A stretch of 37,787 nucleotides of DNA from a virus, in the IMG/VR virus record IMGVR_UViG_3300008266_000182, positions 1 to 37,787 of that record. One strand, written 5' to 3'. Below are positions 16,868-24,649 of the stretch, one piece after another. The notes beneath the pieces were generated by a model. It did no database searches, was not told the origin of the DNA, and saw only the letters and a list, made by a program, of their open reading frames with translations. The position numbers and the translations under genes were made by a program. How positions within the stretch are numbered: the first letter of the stretch is position 1; each line of letters begins with the position of its first letter.

Positions 16868-17632
16868 ATGGCAGGCGATTGGATAAAGCTCCAAAAAGAC
16901 ACGCCGGATAAGCCTGAAGTGCTCGCAATGGCATCTAGGCTTGGCATTGATAGTGACGCAGTTGTTGGCAAGCTGGTGCGCATCTGGTCATGGTTTGACA
17001 CTCACACGACATCCGGTAACGCATCATGCGTTACATATTCGTTTCTAGATCGTCTCGCAGGCGTTACAGGATTCGCAGAGCAGATGGCTTTAGTTGGGTG
17101 GCTTGAGCAAAACGGGCACGATCTAAGCCTTACAAACTTCGGTTATCACAACGGAGAGACTGCAAAAACCCGCGCTTTGGGTAAAAACAGGGTGGAAAAG
17201 TCTAGGAGTAACGCAAACAGTAACGCTCCTACCGTTACAAATCCGTTACCAGAGAAGAGAAGAGAAGATATAAATACAGATATGTCGCCAGCCAAGCTGC
17301 CGACCTGTCCGACAAGCCTTGTCATTCAAAGTTATCACGACCACTTGCCGACATTGCCAACAGTCAGGCTGCAAAGCGAATCGCGAACTAAGGCCATTGG
17401 TGCATTCTGGAAATGGGTTCTGACAAGCAAGAGAGCAGACGGGACACATCGAGCAGAAAACGAAGATCAAGCGCTGCAATGGATAGGCGAATATTTCAAC
17501 CGTGCAAACGACAATGATTTTCTGATGGGCCGAAATGCCCAATCTGGAAAACATGCCAACTGGAAAGCAGATTTTGATTTTCTGTTGACCGAAAAAGGCA
17601 AGCGCCACGTCATAGAAAAAACAGGGGGATAA
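16868..17632 (+). CDS. Replication initiation / helicase-loading protein candidate
   Basis: N-terminal WIKLQKDTPDKPEV...AVVGKLVRIWSWFD is typical of recalled phage replisome-organizer-type proteins; directly precedes dnaB. Confidence 0.5.
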   Translation: MAGDWIKLQKDTPDKPEVLAMASRLGIDSDAVVGKLVRIWSWFDTHTTSGNASCVTYSFLDRLAGVTGFAEQMALVGWLEQNGHDLSLTNFGYHNGETAKTRALGKNRVEKSRSNANSNAPTVTNPLPEKRREDINTDMSPAKLPTCPTSLVIQSYHDHLPTLPTVRLQSESRTKAIGAFWKWVLTSKRADGTHRAENEDQALQWIGEYFNRANDNDFLMGRNAQSGKHANWKADFDFLLTEKGKRHVIEKTGG

Positions 17633-17633
17633 C

Positions 17634-18953
17634 ATGGATATATTGCCAAGCGTTCAAACTTCGGAAAGCTCAGTTCTCAGCATCTTGATGAACAAGCCCG
17701 AGGCGTTCGATGATTGCACCGAGCTACAGCCCGAGCATTTCCCTACCGACTGGCTCCGCACGTTGTTTGTGGAGATGCGCCGCCAACACGCAAAAGGCCC
17801 GTTTGATCTGGTGAGTCTGGCTGATGCGCTGAAGGACCACATTGCACTTGCCGACCTTCACGCGATTTTCGAGTACAGCGCGCACAGTGCTCGAGCATTT
17901 GCAGTCCACGTTCAAAAGCTAATTGATGCGCGCAAGAGTCGCCAGCTTTACGATATGTCGGGGCTTTTACACGAGCTTGCATTTGAGACAAGCCCTATTC
18001 AGGAGCGCATAGACCGTGTGCAGGGTGAGCTAATCAAGCTGGAAGACGCGAAAGACGCAGATGAATGGGTAGATGCCTATCAAGCAAGTATTGAGCACCT
18101 AGACCTCATAGAGGCTCGAGAGGCCGGTACGGTGAAGGGCATACCCACTGGCCTAACGGACTTGGATGAACTGTTAGACGGCGGTTTCCAGCGCGGGAAC
18201 CTTGTAGTAATCGGCGCACGGCCTGCTATGGGTAAGACCGCTATGGGTTTGACCATTGGATTGCATGTGGCTCAGGATTACCACGTCGGGCTATTGAGCA
18301 TGGAAATGCCACACGCTGACGTTAGAGACCGTCAAACAGCCATCTTGGGAAATGTCGCCATTGGAAACATCAAGCGTCCACACAAGGGGCTCGAGTTTGA
18401 CAGAATCAGCGATGCCATTGAAAAAAGCAAAACCCGCAAATTCTACGTTTCCGACAAAAGCGGACTAAACATCCTGCAAGTAAGGGCCAAGGCTCGAGCA
18501 TTGAAGCGCCGCAAAGGGCTAGATGTTCTGGTGGTTGATTACATTGGCCTAATGTCTGGGCTAGACCCAAAGGCTCCGCGCGCTTACCAGATCGAGGAAA
18601 TATCTCGAGGTCTAAAGACGCTTGCAAAAGACCTGTCAATCATTGTTATCTGCTTGGCTCAGGTGAATCGTGGCGCGGCTGACCGTGGCAACCAATGCCC
18701 CGCATTGCACGACTTGCGAGACTCTGGGGCTATTGAGCAAGATGCAGACGTGGTGGGGTTCATTCACCGGCCAATTCAGGCAGATCCTAATTTAGGCGCT
18801 CAGTGGGCTGATTACGGTCTTTTGCGTATTGCAAAGAACCGCCAAGGCCGCACTGGTGACGTGCATCTGTATTACGTTGCCAATCAAACTCGCTTTGGAG
18901 CATGGGGCGGCGAACCTCCAACAAATTCAACACAAGGAAGTAAATCACTATGA
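17634..18953 (+). CDS. dnaB: Replicative DNA helicase (DnaB family)
   Basis: Walker A GARPAMGKT, Walker B-like VLVVDYIGLM, SRGLKTLAKDL..IVICLAQVNR, RDSGAIEQDADVV. Confidence 0.9.
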   Translation: MDILPSVQTSESSVLSILMNKPEAFDDCTELQPEHFPTDWLRTLFVEMRRQHAKGPFDLVSLADALKDHIALADLHAIFEYSAHSARAFAVHVQKLIDARKSRQLYDMSGLLHELAFETSPIQERIDRVQGELIKLEDAKDADEWVDAYQASIEHLDLIEAREAGTVKGIPTGLTDLDELLDGGFQRGNLVVIGARPAMGKTAMGLTIGLHVAQDYHVGLLSMEMPHADVRDRQTAILGNVAIGNIKRPHKGLEFDRISDAIEKSKTRKFYVSDKSGLNILQVRAKARALKRRKGLDVLVVDYIGLMSGLDPKAPRAYQIEEISRGLKTLAKDLSIIVICLAQVNRGAADRGNQCPALHDLRDSGAIEQDADVVGFIHRPIQADPNLGAQWADYGLLRIAKNRQGRTGDVHLYYVANQTRFGAWGGEPPTNSTQGSKSL

Positions 18954-19162
18954 AAACCGAACAATACGCGCTCGAATGGTCGCGCAAGACAAATAATTTT
19001 CATGTTCAGACACTGGCCCACGCGCTCGCATCTGCGCAGCGAGCTTTTCTAAAAAACAGCAGCAATGACTATCACATCATCATGGTAGGCACTCAAGATG
19101 CTTGCTTGGCGATGGCTGAAAACAATCGCGACAAATTGAACGAGCGAAAACGAACTATCTAG
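18950..19162 (+). CDS. Hypothetical protein (70 aa)
   Basis: ATGA coupling to dnaB; its stop codon lies inside the palindrome at 19160. Confidence 0.6.
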   Translation: MKTEQYALEWSRKTNNFHVQTLAHALASAQRAFLKNSSNDYHIIMVGTQDACLAMAENNRDKLNERKRTI

Positions 19163-19202
19163 GGTAAACCCTAATTCACAAAATGACCGCACTAACGATA
19201 AT
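19160..19202 (+). promoter_or_regulatory. Promoter with palindrome TAGGGTAAACCCTAAT, TTCACA (-35-like), GATAAT (-10)
   Basis: The motif starts 37 nt before GATAAT (19197-19202); TTCACA-16 nt-GATAAT. Confidence 0.55.
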
Positions 19203-19264
19203 TGGCCTATCCCTAGCGGTTTACGGACTGTCTAGGCTTATAGGTAGACTTTTAGGAGGTGAGA

Positions 19265-19687
19265 ATGTTACTGAGTGACGATGAAATCAAAGCGGTCAAC
19301 TTTGTAGACCTGAACCGACTTGACTACGAAGTGTTCGAGGTAGATCAAAGCTCCGTTATGGAGTTTGCCCGAGCCATCGAAGCCGCGATTCTGGCGAAGC
19401 TGGGGGCGATGGAGCTGCCGGAGCCTGCTGGTGCGTATAAGGAAGGTTCCTTCATAGCGATGCGGAATGGCTTTCCTTCCGAGATGATCGAAATGAGCGA
19501 CGCCTATTCAGCCGCCCAACTTCACCAAGCCTACGCACAGGGAGCAGCGGCACAGCTTTCACAGGAACCGATTGCACTTCTGAGGAAAGATCAAAAGCAC
19601 GTAATTCTTGCTGATGACTTGCCCAACTACATGCGCGGAGAAGATCGTTTTCCCACGCCACTCTACACACGGAGGGAAGCCAAATGA
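19265..19687 (+). CDS. Hypothetical protein
   Basis: ATG 19265 five nt after AGGAGG; the track GTG start at 19259 overlaps the RBS. Confidence 0.65.
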   Translation: MLLSDDEIKAVNFVDLNRLDYEVFEVDQSSVMEFARAIEAAILAKLGAMELPEPAGAYKEGSFIAMRNGFPSEMIEMSDAYSAAQLHQAYAQGAAAQLSQEPIALLRKDQKHVILADDLPNYMRGEDRFPTPLYTRREAK

Positions 19688-19914
19688 CACAAGAATTGCG
19701 AAAGCTGGCTGAGGAAGCTGATTCAGCGATGACATACGAGCGGGAATGGACAGAGTTTAAAAAAGCCTGCACCCCCGCCGCAATCCTTGAGCTGCTGGAA
19801 AGGGTGGAGAAGGCTGACGCTCTGGTGAAAGCAATCAAAACAGACCGGCACGATTGGGAAGACTGGCCCGACGATAGCCGTGAAGCATTCCGCGCAATGG
19901 AGGCAAGCAAATGA
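19684..19914 (+). CDS. Hypothetical protein (Ead/Ea22-like small coiled-coil protein)
   Basis: ATGA coupling; CTPAAILELLERVEKAD resembles the recalled Ea22-like motif. Confidence 0.55.
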   Translation: MTQELRKLAEEADSAMTYEREWTEFKKACTPAAILELLERVEKADALVKAIKTDRHDWEDWPDDSREAFRAMEASK

Positions 19915-20609
19915 CCGACTACAAAAGCACAATTGCAGAACTGCGCTACTTGGCAGATTGGGCAAAGCATCACTTGGACAAGGCGAAGATTGCCAATGAC
20001 GCCGCAGAAGCTATTGAGGCGCTGCAATCCAAGCTAGGCGACGCCATCCGATCATTGGCGAACTGGCAGCATCAATGCACTGAGTTGCAAGCAGAGAACG
20101 AGCGGCTGAAGTCTGAGCTTGATAAGGCGCAAGACGAAATTAACTGCGCCGAATCTTCTCTGGAGGCTTTTAGTTGCGAGTTTGAATCGGAAGTGTTCAA
20201 CCAAGGATTTGACTGCCTTGGTGATTTTGCTCAGGCGCTTTGGACTGCCTCAAACGATCAACGCAACGCCCTGCAATCCCGATTGGACGCTATGGGCAAG
20301 GGGGAGGCGGTGGCGTGGTCTGTGACCGTTGGCGATGATTACAAAAACTGCATTGAAATCAGTCATTGCGAAAGTGATGTTGTTGCTCAGTATGAAGAAT
20401 CAATTGCGGGCGGATTTGAGAGCATTTACACGCTGCATAAGCTTTACGCAGCACCCAAGGCGCTGGCACCGTTTGCCATCCCTGCCGATGTGCTGGAAGC
20501 GGCGACCAACATGCAAAAGAACCACTATCGCGGACCATTGGCGTGGGCTGTGAAGGTCATCGACTTTGTGGCAGCTCACGGAATCCACGCAAAGGGAGGC
20601 CAGCAATGA
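19911..20609 (+). CDS. Hypothetical protein with N-terminal coiled coil
   Basis: 232 aa, ATGA coupling on both sides. Confidence 0.65.
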   Translation: MTDYKSTIAELRYLADWAKHHLDKAKIANDAAEAIEALQSKLGDAIRSLANWQHQCTELQAENERLKSELDKAQDEINCAESSLEAFSCEFESEVFNQGFDCLGDFAQALWTASNDQRNALQSRLDAMGKGEAVAWSVTVGDDYKNCIEISHCESDVVAQYEESIAGGFESIYTLHKLYAAPKALAPFAIPADVLEAATNMQKNHYRGPLAWAVKVIDFVAAHGIHAKGGQQ

Positions 20610-20809
20610 CTGAACCGCTACTTACATGCCCTGAGTGTGGCACTGACCAAGTGATTGTGAAAGAAGTTACATCCCTGATGGTCAACACCTTTGAACACTA
20701 CTGCCACAGCGTGAAAGCACACGACTCCGACGCCAAGTGCAGTTGCTTGCAGTGCGAATGGTCTGGTGAACGCAAGGACTTGAAGGGAGGCCAGCATGAA
20801 GATGCCTGA
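20606..20809 (+). CDS. Small zinc-ribbon-like protein
   Basis: ATG 20606 after AAAGGGAGG; CPECG ... CLQCEW Cys pairs. Confidence 0.6.
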   Translation: MTEPLLTCPECGTDQVIVKEVTSLMVNTFEHYCHSVKAHDSDAKCSCLQCEWSGERKDLKGGQHEDA

Positions 20810-21029
20810 GCCTAAAGCGTGGATTAAGTACCTGATCGGCGCAGAAGCAAAACCGAACGGGCAGTGCTACGACATTGTTTTTACGCCGGTTGATGGCTAC
20901 TCGCCACTCTACGACAAGCAAGCCCTGATCGACTTGCTCGAAGAAGCGGCAGAGATGTGTGAGCTTTTTGACGCAACAGACCCGAAATACTTGGCGGTGG
21001 AGATTCGCCGCATGAAGGAAAAGCTATGA
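20796..21029 (+). CDS. Hypothetical protein
   Basis: ATG preceded by the same AAGGGAGGCCAGCA junction sequence as 20606. Confidence 0.6.
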   Translation: MKMPEPKAWIKYLIGAEAKPNGQCYDIVFTPVDGYSPLYDKQALIDLLEEAAEMCELFDATDPKYLAVEIRRMKEKL

Positions 21030-21280
21030 CCACCAAAGACGTGCGAATTGCCGTTGTTTGCACCGCTGGCTTGTTGAACACATCAGTGATCGCAGCACTG
21101 GCAGCAAAAGGCATATCAGTTGAGCTGGAAGGTGAGCGCGTGCTGACGGAGGCAAGCCCTGAGCCGCTGCGCCTGCCAATCTTGCGCGACCCCGAGCCAA
21201 TCGGCCCTTGGTGGGAGCCGTCAACCGGCAAGAAAAAGGCTCAGTGGAAGCAGGAAACCTACGGGAGAAAACTCAAATGA
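21026..21280 (+). CDS. Hypothetical protein (starts MTTKD)
   Basis: ATGA coupling; begins with the repeated 16-mer ATGACCACCAAAGACG. Confidence 0.6.
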   Translation: MTTKDVRIAVVCTAGLLNTSVIAALAAKGISVELEGERVLTEASPEPLRLPILRDPEPIGPWWEPSTGKKKAQWKQETYGRKLK

Positions 21281-21480
21281 CCACCAAAGACGCCGGACTG
21301 GTGACTACACATTGCGGGACACGGGCGGTATGCGTAGAAGAACAAAGCCGGTCCTATGGCTGGGTTCTTTACAAACATCGTGACGGTCAATGGGTTACTG
21401 AGCGCAGGGCGCTGCCTCATGAATTGCAGCGAGCCATCGAAATCCACAAAAGCCACGACACCGAACCGCAAAGGGGATGA
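21277..21480 (+). CDS. Hypothetical protein (starts MTTKD)
   Basis: ATG 21277 overlaps upstream stop (ATGA); the same 16-mer at the start. Confidence 0.6.
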   Translation: MTTKDAGLVTTHCGTRAVCVEEQSRSYGWVLYKHRDGQWVTERRALPHELQRAIEIHKSHDTEPQRG

Positions 21481-22091
21481 CTATGACCACCAAAGACGTA
21501 TTATCACTGGCGCTGGAGGCGCTGGCTGCAAATGAATTTCACCTTGTTGAAATTGGTCAGCGGGGCAATGGCTTGCATGCGCAGACTGTTAAAGCCATCA
21601 CCGCCATCAAGCAAGCTATCACACCAGAAACCGGAAACGCTGCCACGCCCGATGCGTCGGCTATCACAGCGGGAAACGGACAGCAAGCGCAAGAGCCGGT
21701 GAGCGAATTGGAAAAGCTACGTGACCCCGCAGTGCTTCACGCAAACCTGTTGCGAGGCTTCCCCGCATTACTGACCACCGAGCAGCTATGGCACATCATT
21801 GGCGAAGTGCAGCAAAAGGCGCTGATTGCAAAGTTCGCAGAGCCAGCACCCAAGCAAGCGGAGCCAGCATGGCAGCCGATTGAAACAGCGCCGAAGGATG
21901 GGAAAATCTTGCTCGGTGTTTGGGAGGGAGACTGGAACAACCCGAAACAACGATTCAAAGTGTACGAGGCAACTATGTACAAAACAGGGCCATCGTGGGC
22001 AATGAAAGCAAGCTACCGCACCGAGGAAGGTGGAGCATACGAGATTGCCGGATGGATGCCACTGCCAACTCCACCGGAGGCGAAAGCATGA
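21477..22091 (+). CDS. Hypothetical protein with DUF551-like C-terminal domain
   Basis: C-terminus WQPIETAPKDGKILLGVW...IAGWMPLPTPP matches the recalled DUF551 pattern; starts MTMTTKD. Confidence 0.6.
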   Translation: MTMTTKDVLSLALEALAANEFHLVEIGQRGNGLHAQTVKAITAIKQAITPETGNAATPDASAITAGNGQQAQEPVSELEKLRDPAVLHANLLRGFPALLTTEQLWHIIGEVQQKALIAKFAEPAPKQAEPAWQPIETAPKDGKILLGVWEGDWNNPKQRFKVYEATMYKTGPSWAMKASYRTEEGGAYEIAGWMPLPTPPEAKA

Positions 22092-22339
22092 CCCACAAAA
22101 TCGGATGTGCACAGCACGACTGCGAGGCTTGCGCAACTCAGGCCGCAGAGCTTCGCCGCTTGCAGGCTGAGAACGAGGCCCAAAAAGCCCGAGTGCGCGA
22201 ACTGTGCGACTTAATCCGCAAGGTTCACAAAGCGAAGGGCCGTTATCACACTCAGCTAGCCATGTGCGATCTATTTGATGGACTTGGCCTATCCAACGAA
22301 CGACCAGACGCAGCACGGGCAAAGGAGCAGACACCATGA
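22088..22339 (+). CDS. Hypothetical coiled-coil protein
   Basis: ATG 22088 overlaps upstream stop (ATGA); the track start at 21920 lies inside the upstream gene. Confidence 0.6.
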   Translation: MTHKIGCAQHDCEACATQAAELRRLQAENEAQKARVRELCDLIRKVHKAKGRYHTQLAMCDLFDGLGLSNERPDAARAKEQTP

Positions 22340-22482
22340 GCGACGGAGGCAAGGGCGACACACAGCGCCCGACAGATATGGACGAATTCCGCAAGAACTG
22401 GGAGCGCATTTTTGGCAAACCACCCGTTAGCGAACATCCGAAACCGGCTGATAACGCACATCCTATGGATGAAAAACATTGA
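22336..22482 (+). CDS. Small hypothetical protein (48 aa)
   Basis: ATGA coupling; MSDGGKGDTQRPTDMDEFRKNWERIFG resembles a recalled small phage protein family; below the track cutoff. Confidence 0.5.
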   Translation: MSDGGKGDTQRPTDMDEFRKNWERIFGKPPVSEHPKPADNAHPMDEKH

Positions 22483-22497
22483 TGAGGACTATGCACG

Positions 22498-22914
22498 ATG
22501 GGCACTGAAGAACTACGAAGCAATGGTACCGGAGCTGGAGCTAATCAAGGGAGTGAAGGAGCGATTGTCCTGCCTTGGCCCCCAAGCGTTAACCACTACT
22601 GGAGACGGTCAAAAAACGGAATGATGCACATTAGCGCGGAGGGCGTTGCCTTTCGTGAGGCCGTGCATTGGCAGGTATTGCAGCAGTGCCCGTTAAAAAG
22701 CCTTCATGGCGATTTATCGGTAGACATTGAGGCATTCATGCCAGATCGACGCAGACGCGACCTAGACAACATCCTGAAGGCTCTGTTAGATGCGATAACC
22801 CATGCCGGTGTATGGATGGATGACAGCCAGATTGTTGACCTACGAATCAGGAAGGCTAAGACCATTGGCGGAATGGTGAAGGTAAAAATCCTGCAAGTTT
22901 CCGACGAACGGTAA
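22498..22914 (+). CDS. rusA: Holliday junction resolvase RusA
   Basis: LPWPPSVNHYW, HISAEG..FR and PDRRRRDLDNILKALLDAITHAGVWMDDSQIVDL closely parallel recalled E. coli RusA. ATG 22498 is the only canonical in-frame start and gives a ~17-aa Gly-rich N-extension. Confidence 0.85.
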   Translation: MGTEELRSNGTGAGANQGSEGAIVLPWPPSVNHYWRRSKNGMMHISAEGVAFREAVHWQVLQQCPLKSLHGDLSVDIEAFMPDRRRRDLDNILKALLDAITHAGVWMDDSQIVDLRIRKAKTIGGMVKVKILQVSDER

Positions 22915-22923
22915 AAATACTGC

Positions 22924-22951
22924 TTGCAATTGTTTGTTGTGGGCCTATAAT
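22924..22951 (+). promoter_or_regulatory. Sigma70-like promoter TTGCAA-16-TATAAT
   Basis: Near-consensus hexamers in the rusA-downstream gap. The leader TCATTCATCGCAACACAC resembles the leaders at 23745 and 26294, but no palindrome lies upstream. Confidence 0.55.
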
Positions 22952-22977
22952 TCATTCATCGCAACACACTTAGGGGA

Positions 22978-23172
22978 ATGAAAATGACCACAGCAGAAAA
23001 CATCATCGAATTGCGTGACGGCGGTTTCGAGGCGCAGGCAATTCAAATGTGCGAATCTCAGTCAGTGTCAATCGAGATTCACAACGATGTAGAAAAGACA
23101 TATTTCTTTGCGGACGGCTCTTGGGTAACTCGCGCAATCTTTGATGATCTCGATGCGATTTGGTCACTCTGA
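22978..23172 (+). CDS. Hypothetical protein (64 aa)
   Basis: AGGGGA RBS; ATG 22978 or 22984. Confidence 0.6.
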   Translation: MKMTTAENIIELRDGGFEAQAIQMCESQSVSIEIHNDVEKTYFFADGSWVTRAIFDDLDAIWSL

Positions 23173-23185
23173 AAGGCGGCAAATC

Positions 23186-23329
23186 ATGAAAGCATTCAAC
23201 ATCACCACCGGCTGCACTGTCTACATTGCTCCCTATCAAGATGGCAAGGTATGGGTAAGCGAGACAGAGGATGACTTCAAGCGCTGCATGGGTCGTTGCG
23301 ACTATGCAGAAAACTACAAGCAAGCATGA
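23186..23329 (+). CDS. Hypothetical protein (47 aa)
   Basis: ATG 23186 follows the junction repeat TGAAAGGCGGCAAA; the track start at 23141 overlaps the upstream gene. Confidence 0.5.
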   Translation: MKAFNITTGCTVYIAPYQDGKVWVSETEDDFKRCMGRCDYAENYKQA

Positions 23330-23342
23330 AAGGCGGCAAACA

Positions 23343-23546
23343 ATGACCACACTAGGCTCAATATTCGATGAAGAAGAAGCCGCAATGCTTGCCCGAGCTA
23401 AGGCAGAGATTGCAGCAGAGGCATTGCGCTATGAGGCAGACCCCGTTTACCGCGCTGCTGTAGATGCAAAGCGCATAGCCGCTGAAGACATCCTTAGCAA
23501 CATTCCAGACGATCAGCCCGAGGATGATGAGGATGATGAGGAATGA
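23343..23546 (+). CDS. Hypothetical acidic protein (67 aa)
   Basis: ATG 23343 follows the junction repeat TGAAAGGCGGCAAA; C-terminal DDQPEDDEDDEE. Confidence 0.55.
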   Translation: MTTLGSIFDEEEAAMLARAKAEIAAEALRYEADPVYRAAVDAKRIAAEDILSNIPDDQPEDDEDDEE

Positions 23547-23728
23547 AAGGCGGCAAACGAGAGGGGGCAGGACGGCCCCCAGCCGACAACCCTGCAAAGC
23601 ACATCGTCAAGGCGCGGCTGACTGACGAGCAAAAGGCAAAGTGGGACGAGCTGGGCGGTTCTCGCTGGGCAAAACGGATGCTAGACGAATCGCCAAAAGT
23701 TAGGGTTTCCCCTAATTCGCAAGCGTGA
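23543..23728 (+). CDS. Small basic protein with GGKREGAGRPP motif (possible DNA-binding)
   Basis: ATGA coupling; here the junction repeat is translated (MKGGK); the 3' end carries the palindrome at 23701. Confidence 0.55.
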   Translation: MKGGKREGAGRPPADNPAKHIVKARLTDEQKAKWDELGGSRWAKRMLDESPKVRVSPNSQA

Positions 23729-23744
23729 AAAAGTGCTAGACAAT
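23701..23744 (+). promoter_or_regulatory. Promoter with palindrome-like TAGGGTTTCCCCTAAT, TTCGCA, GACAAT
   Basis: The motif starts 38 nt before GACAAT (23739-23744); leader ATTCATTCATTAACAACACGGAGAGAGAAATG. Confidence 0.55.
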
Positions 23745-23771
23745 TCATTCATTAACAACACGGAGAGAGAA

Positions 23772-24467
23772 ATGAACGCTAAATATGAGTTTGTAGACGG
23801 CGACGTAATCACGATTGCACCGGGGCGCACCTTAAAGCGAATTCGCGCATTGGTAGCTATTTCTTGGATTGCAGCGCCCGGCTCATTAGGTGGATATATC
23901 GAGTCTGAAAAATGCCTTGATGTGTACGGCGATGCGTGGGTGTCCGGCAATGCGCGGGTGTACGGCGATGCGCAGGTGTACGGCGATGCGCGGGTGTACG
24001 GCGATGCGTGGGTGTCCGGCAATGCGCAGGTGTCCGGCAATGCGCAGGTGTACGGCAATGCGCAGGTGTACGGCGATGCGCGGGTGTACGGCGATGCGTG
24101 GGTGTCCGGCAATGCGCAGGTGTACGGCAATGCGCAGGTGTACGGCGATGCGCGGGTGTCCGGCAATGCGCGGGTGTACGGCGATGCGCAGGTGTACGGC
24201 GATGCGTGGGTGTCCGGCAATGCGCGGGTGTACGGCAATGGCCTGATTTTTTGGGCTTCAAAAGTCGGCAGCGAAAATGGCACCCTGACCGTCTACAACA
24301 CAAAAGACAATGATTTAGAAGTAACCCGTGGATGCTTTAAAGGTTCCGTTGATGAGTTTTTATCTGCTTCTGAGGCAAAGCACGATGAGCAAACGCACCT
24401 TGAATATCGACTTTTGATTGAAGTCGCACATAGCCGCATTACACGCGCACGAAAGGATACAAAATGA
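23772..24467 (+). CDS. Hexapeptide-repeat (beta-helix-like) protein of unknown function
   Basis: ATG 23772 after GGAGAGAGAA. There are 17 perfect-length repeats of V-[YS]-G-[DN]-A-[QRW], flanked by non-repeat N-terminal (GSLGGYIESEKCL) and C-terminal (TRGCFKGSVDEF) domains. Confidence 0.75.
   Translation: MNAKYEFVDGDVITIAPGRTLKRIRALVAISWIAAPGSLGGYIESEKCLDVYGDAWVSGNARVYGDAQVYGDARVYGDAWVSGNAQVSGNAQVYGNAQVYGDARVYGDAWVSGNAQVYGNAQVYGDARVSGNARVYGDAQVYGDAWVSGNARVYGNGLIFWASKVGSENGTLTVYNTKDNDLEVTRGCFKGSVDEFLSASEAKHDEQTHLEYRLLIEVAHSRITRARKDTK
23922..24245. repeat. 18-bp tandem repeat array, 17 full units plus one partial
   Basis: Unit GTG-T(A/C)C-GGC-(G/A)AT-GCG-(TG/CG/CA)G; variation is confined to 4 nucleotide positions per unit. 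Confidence 0.95.
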
Positions 24468-24649
24468 AAACAATCAACGTAAGCGAAGACGCACTAAACA
24501 CCATCAAGCGCATGGCGGTGGAGCGAGAGCAGCAGATTGAAGCGATGCGCGAGGCTTTGAAGGCTATTCAAGACGTAGCAATGAACGCAACCGCAGACGA
24601 GCATTGGGCTCGGGTGGATAGCCTTTGCAATCAGGCATTGGCAGAATGA
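24464..24649 (+). CDS. Hypothetical protein (61 aa)
   Basis: ATGA coupling both sides. Confidence 0.6.
   Translation: MKTINVSEDALNTIKRMAVEREQQIEAMREALKAIQDVAMNATADEHWARVDSLCNQALAE

Noticed and set aside
19452-20027. 191-aa minus-strand ORF
   Set aside because: It is antisense to three coupled + strand genes. It has no RBS and a low-complexity Ser/Arg-rich product.
21786-22523. 245-aa minus-strand ORF
   Set aside because: It runs antisense across four to five tightly coupled (ATGA-linked) + strand genes, including the DUF551-like one. The composition is Ser/Cys/Arg/Pro-rich, consistent with a shadow frame.
23922-24245. CRISPR array
   Set aside because: The units are contiguous 18-bp repeats with no spacers, and they lie in frame inside a coding sequence. 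The 30-nt-period pair at 32336-32392 has only two copies and no cas genes.
23681-24313. Four extra long ORFs over the 18-bp repeat array (23681..24283 -, 23857..24303 -, 23890..24246 +, 23936..24313 +)
   Set aside because: The periodic repeat lacks stop codons in most frames, so these are artefacts. Only the frame from ATG 23772 has an RBS, a promoter and non-repeat flanking domains.
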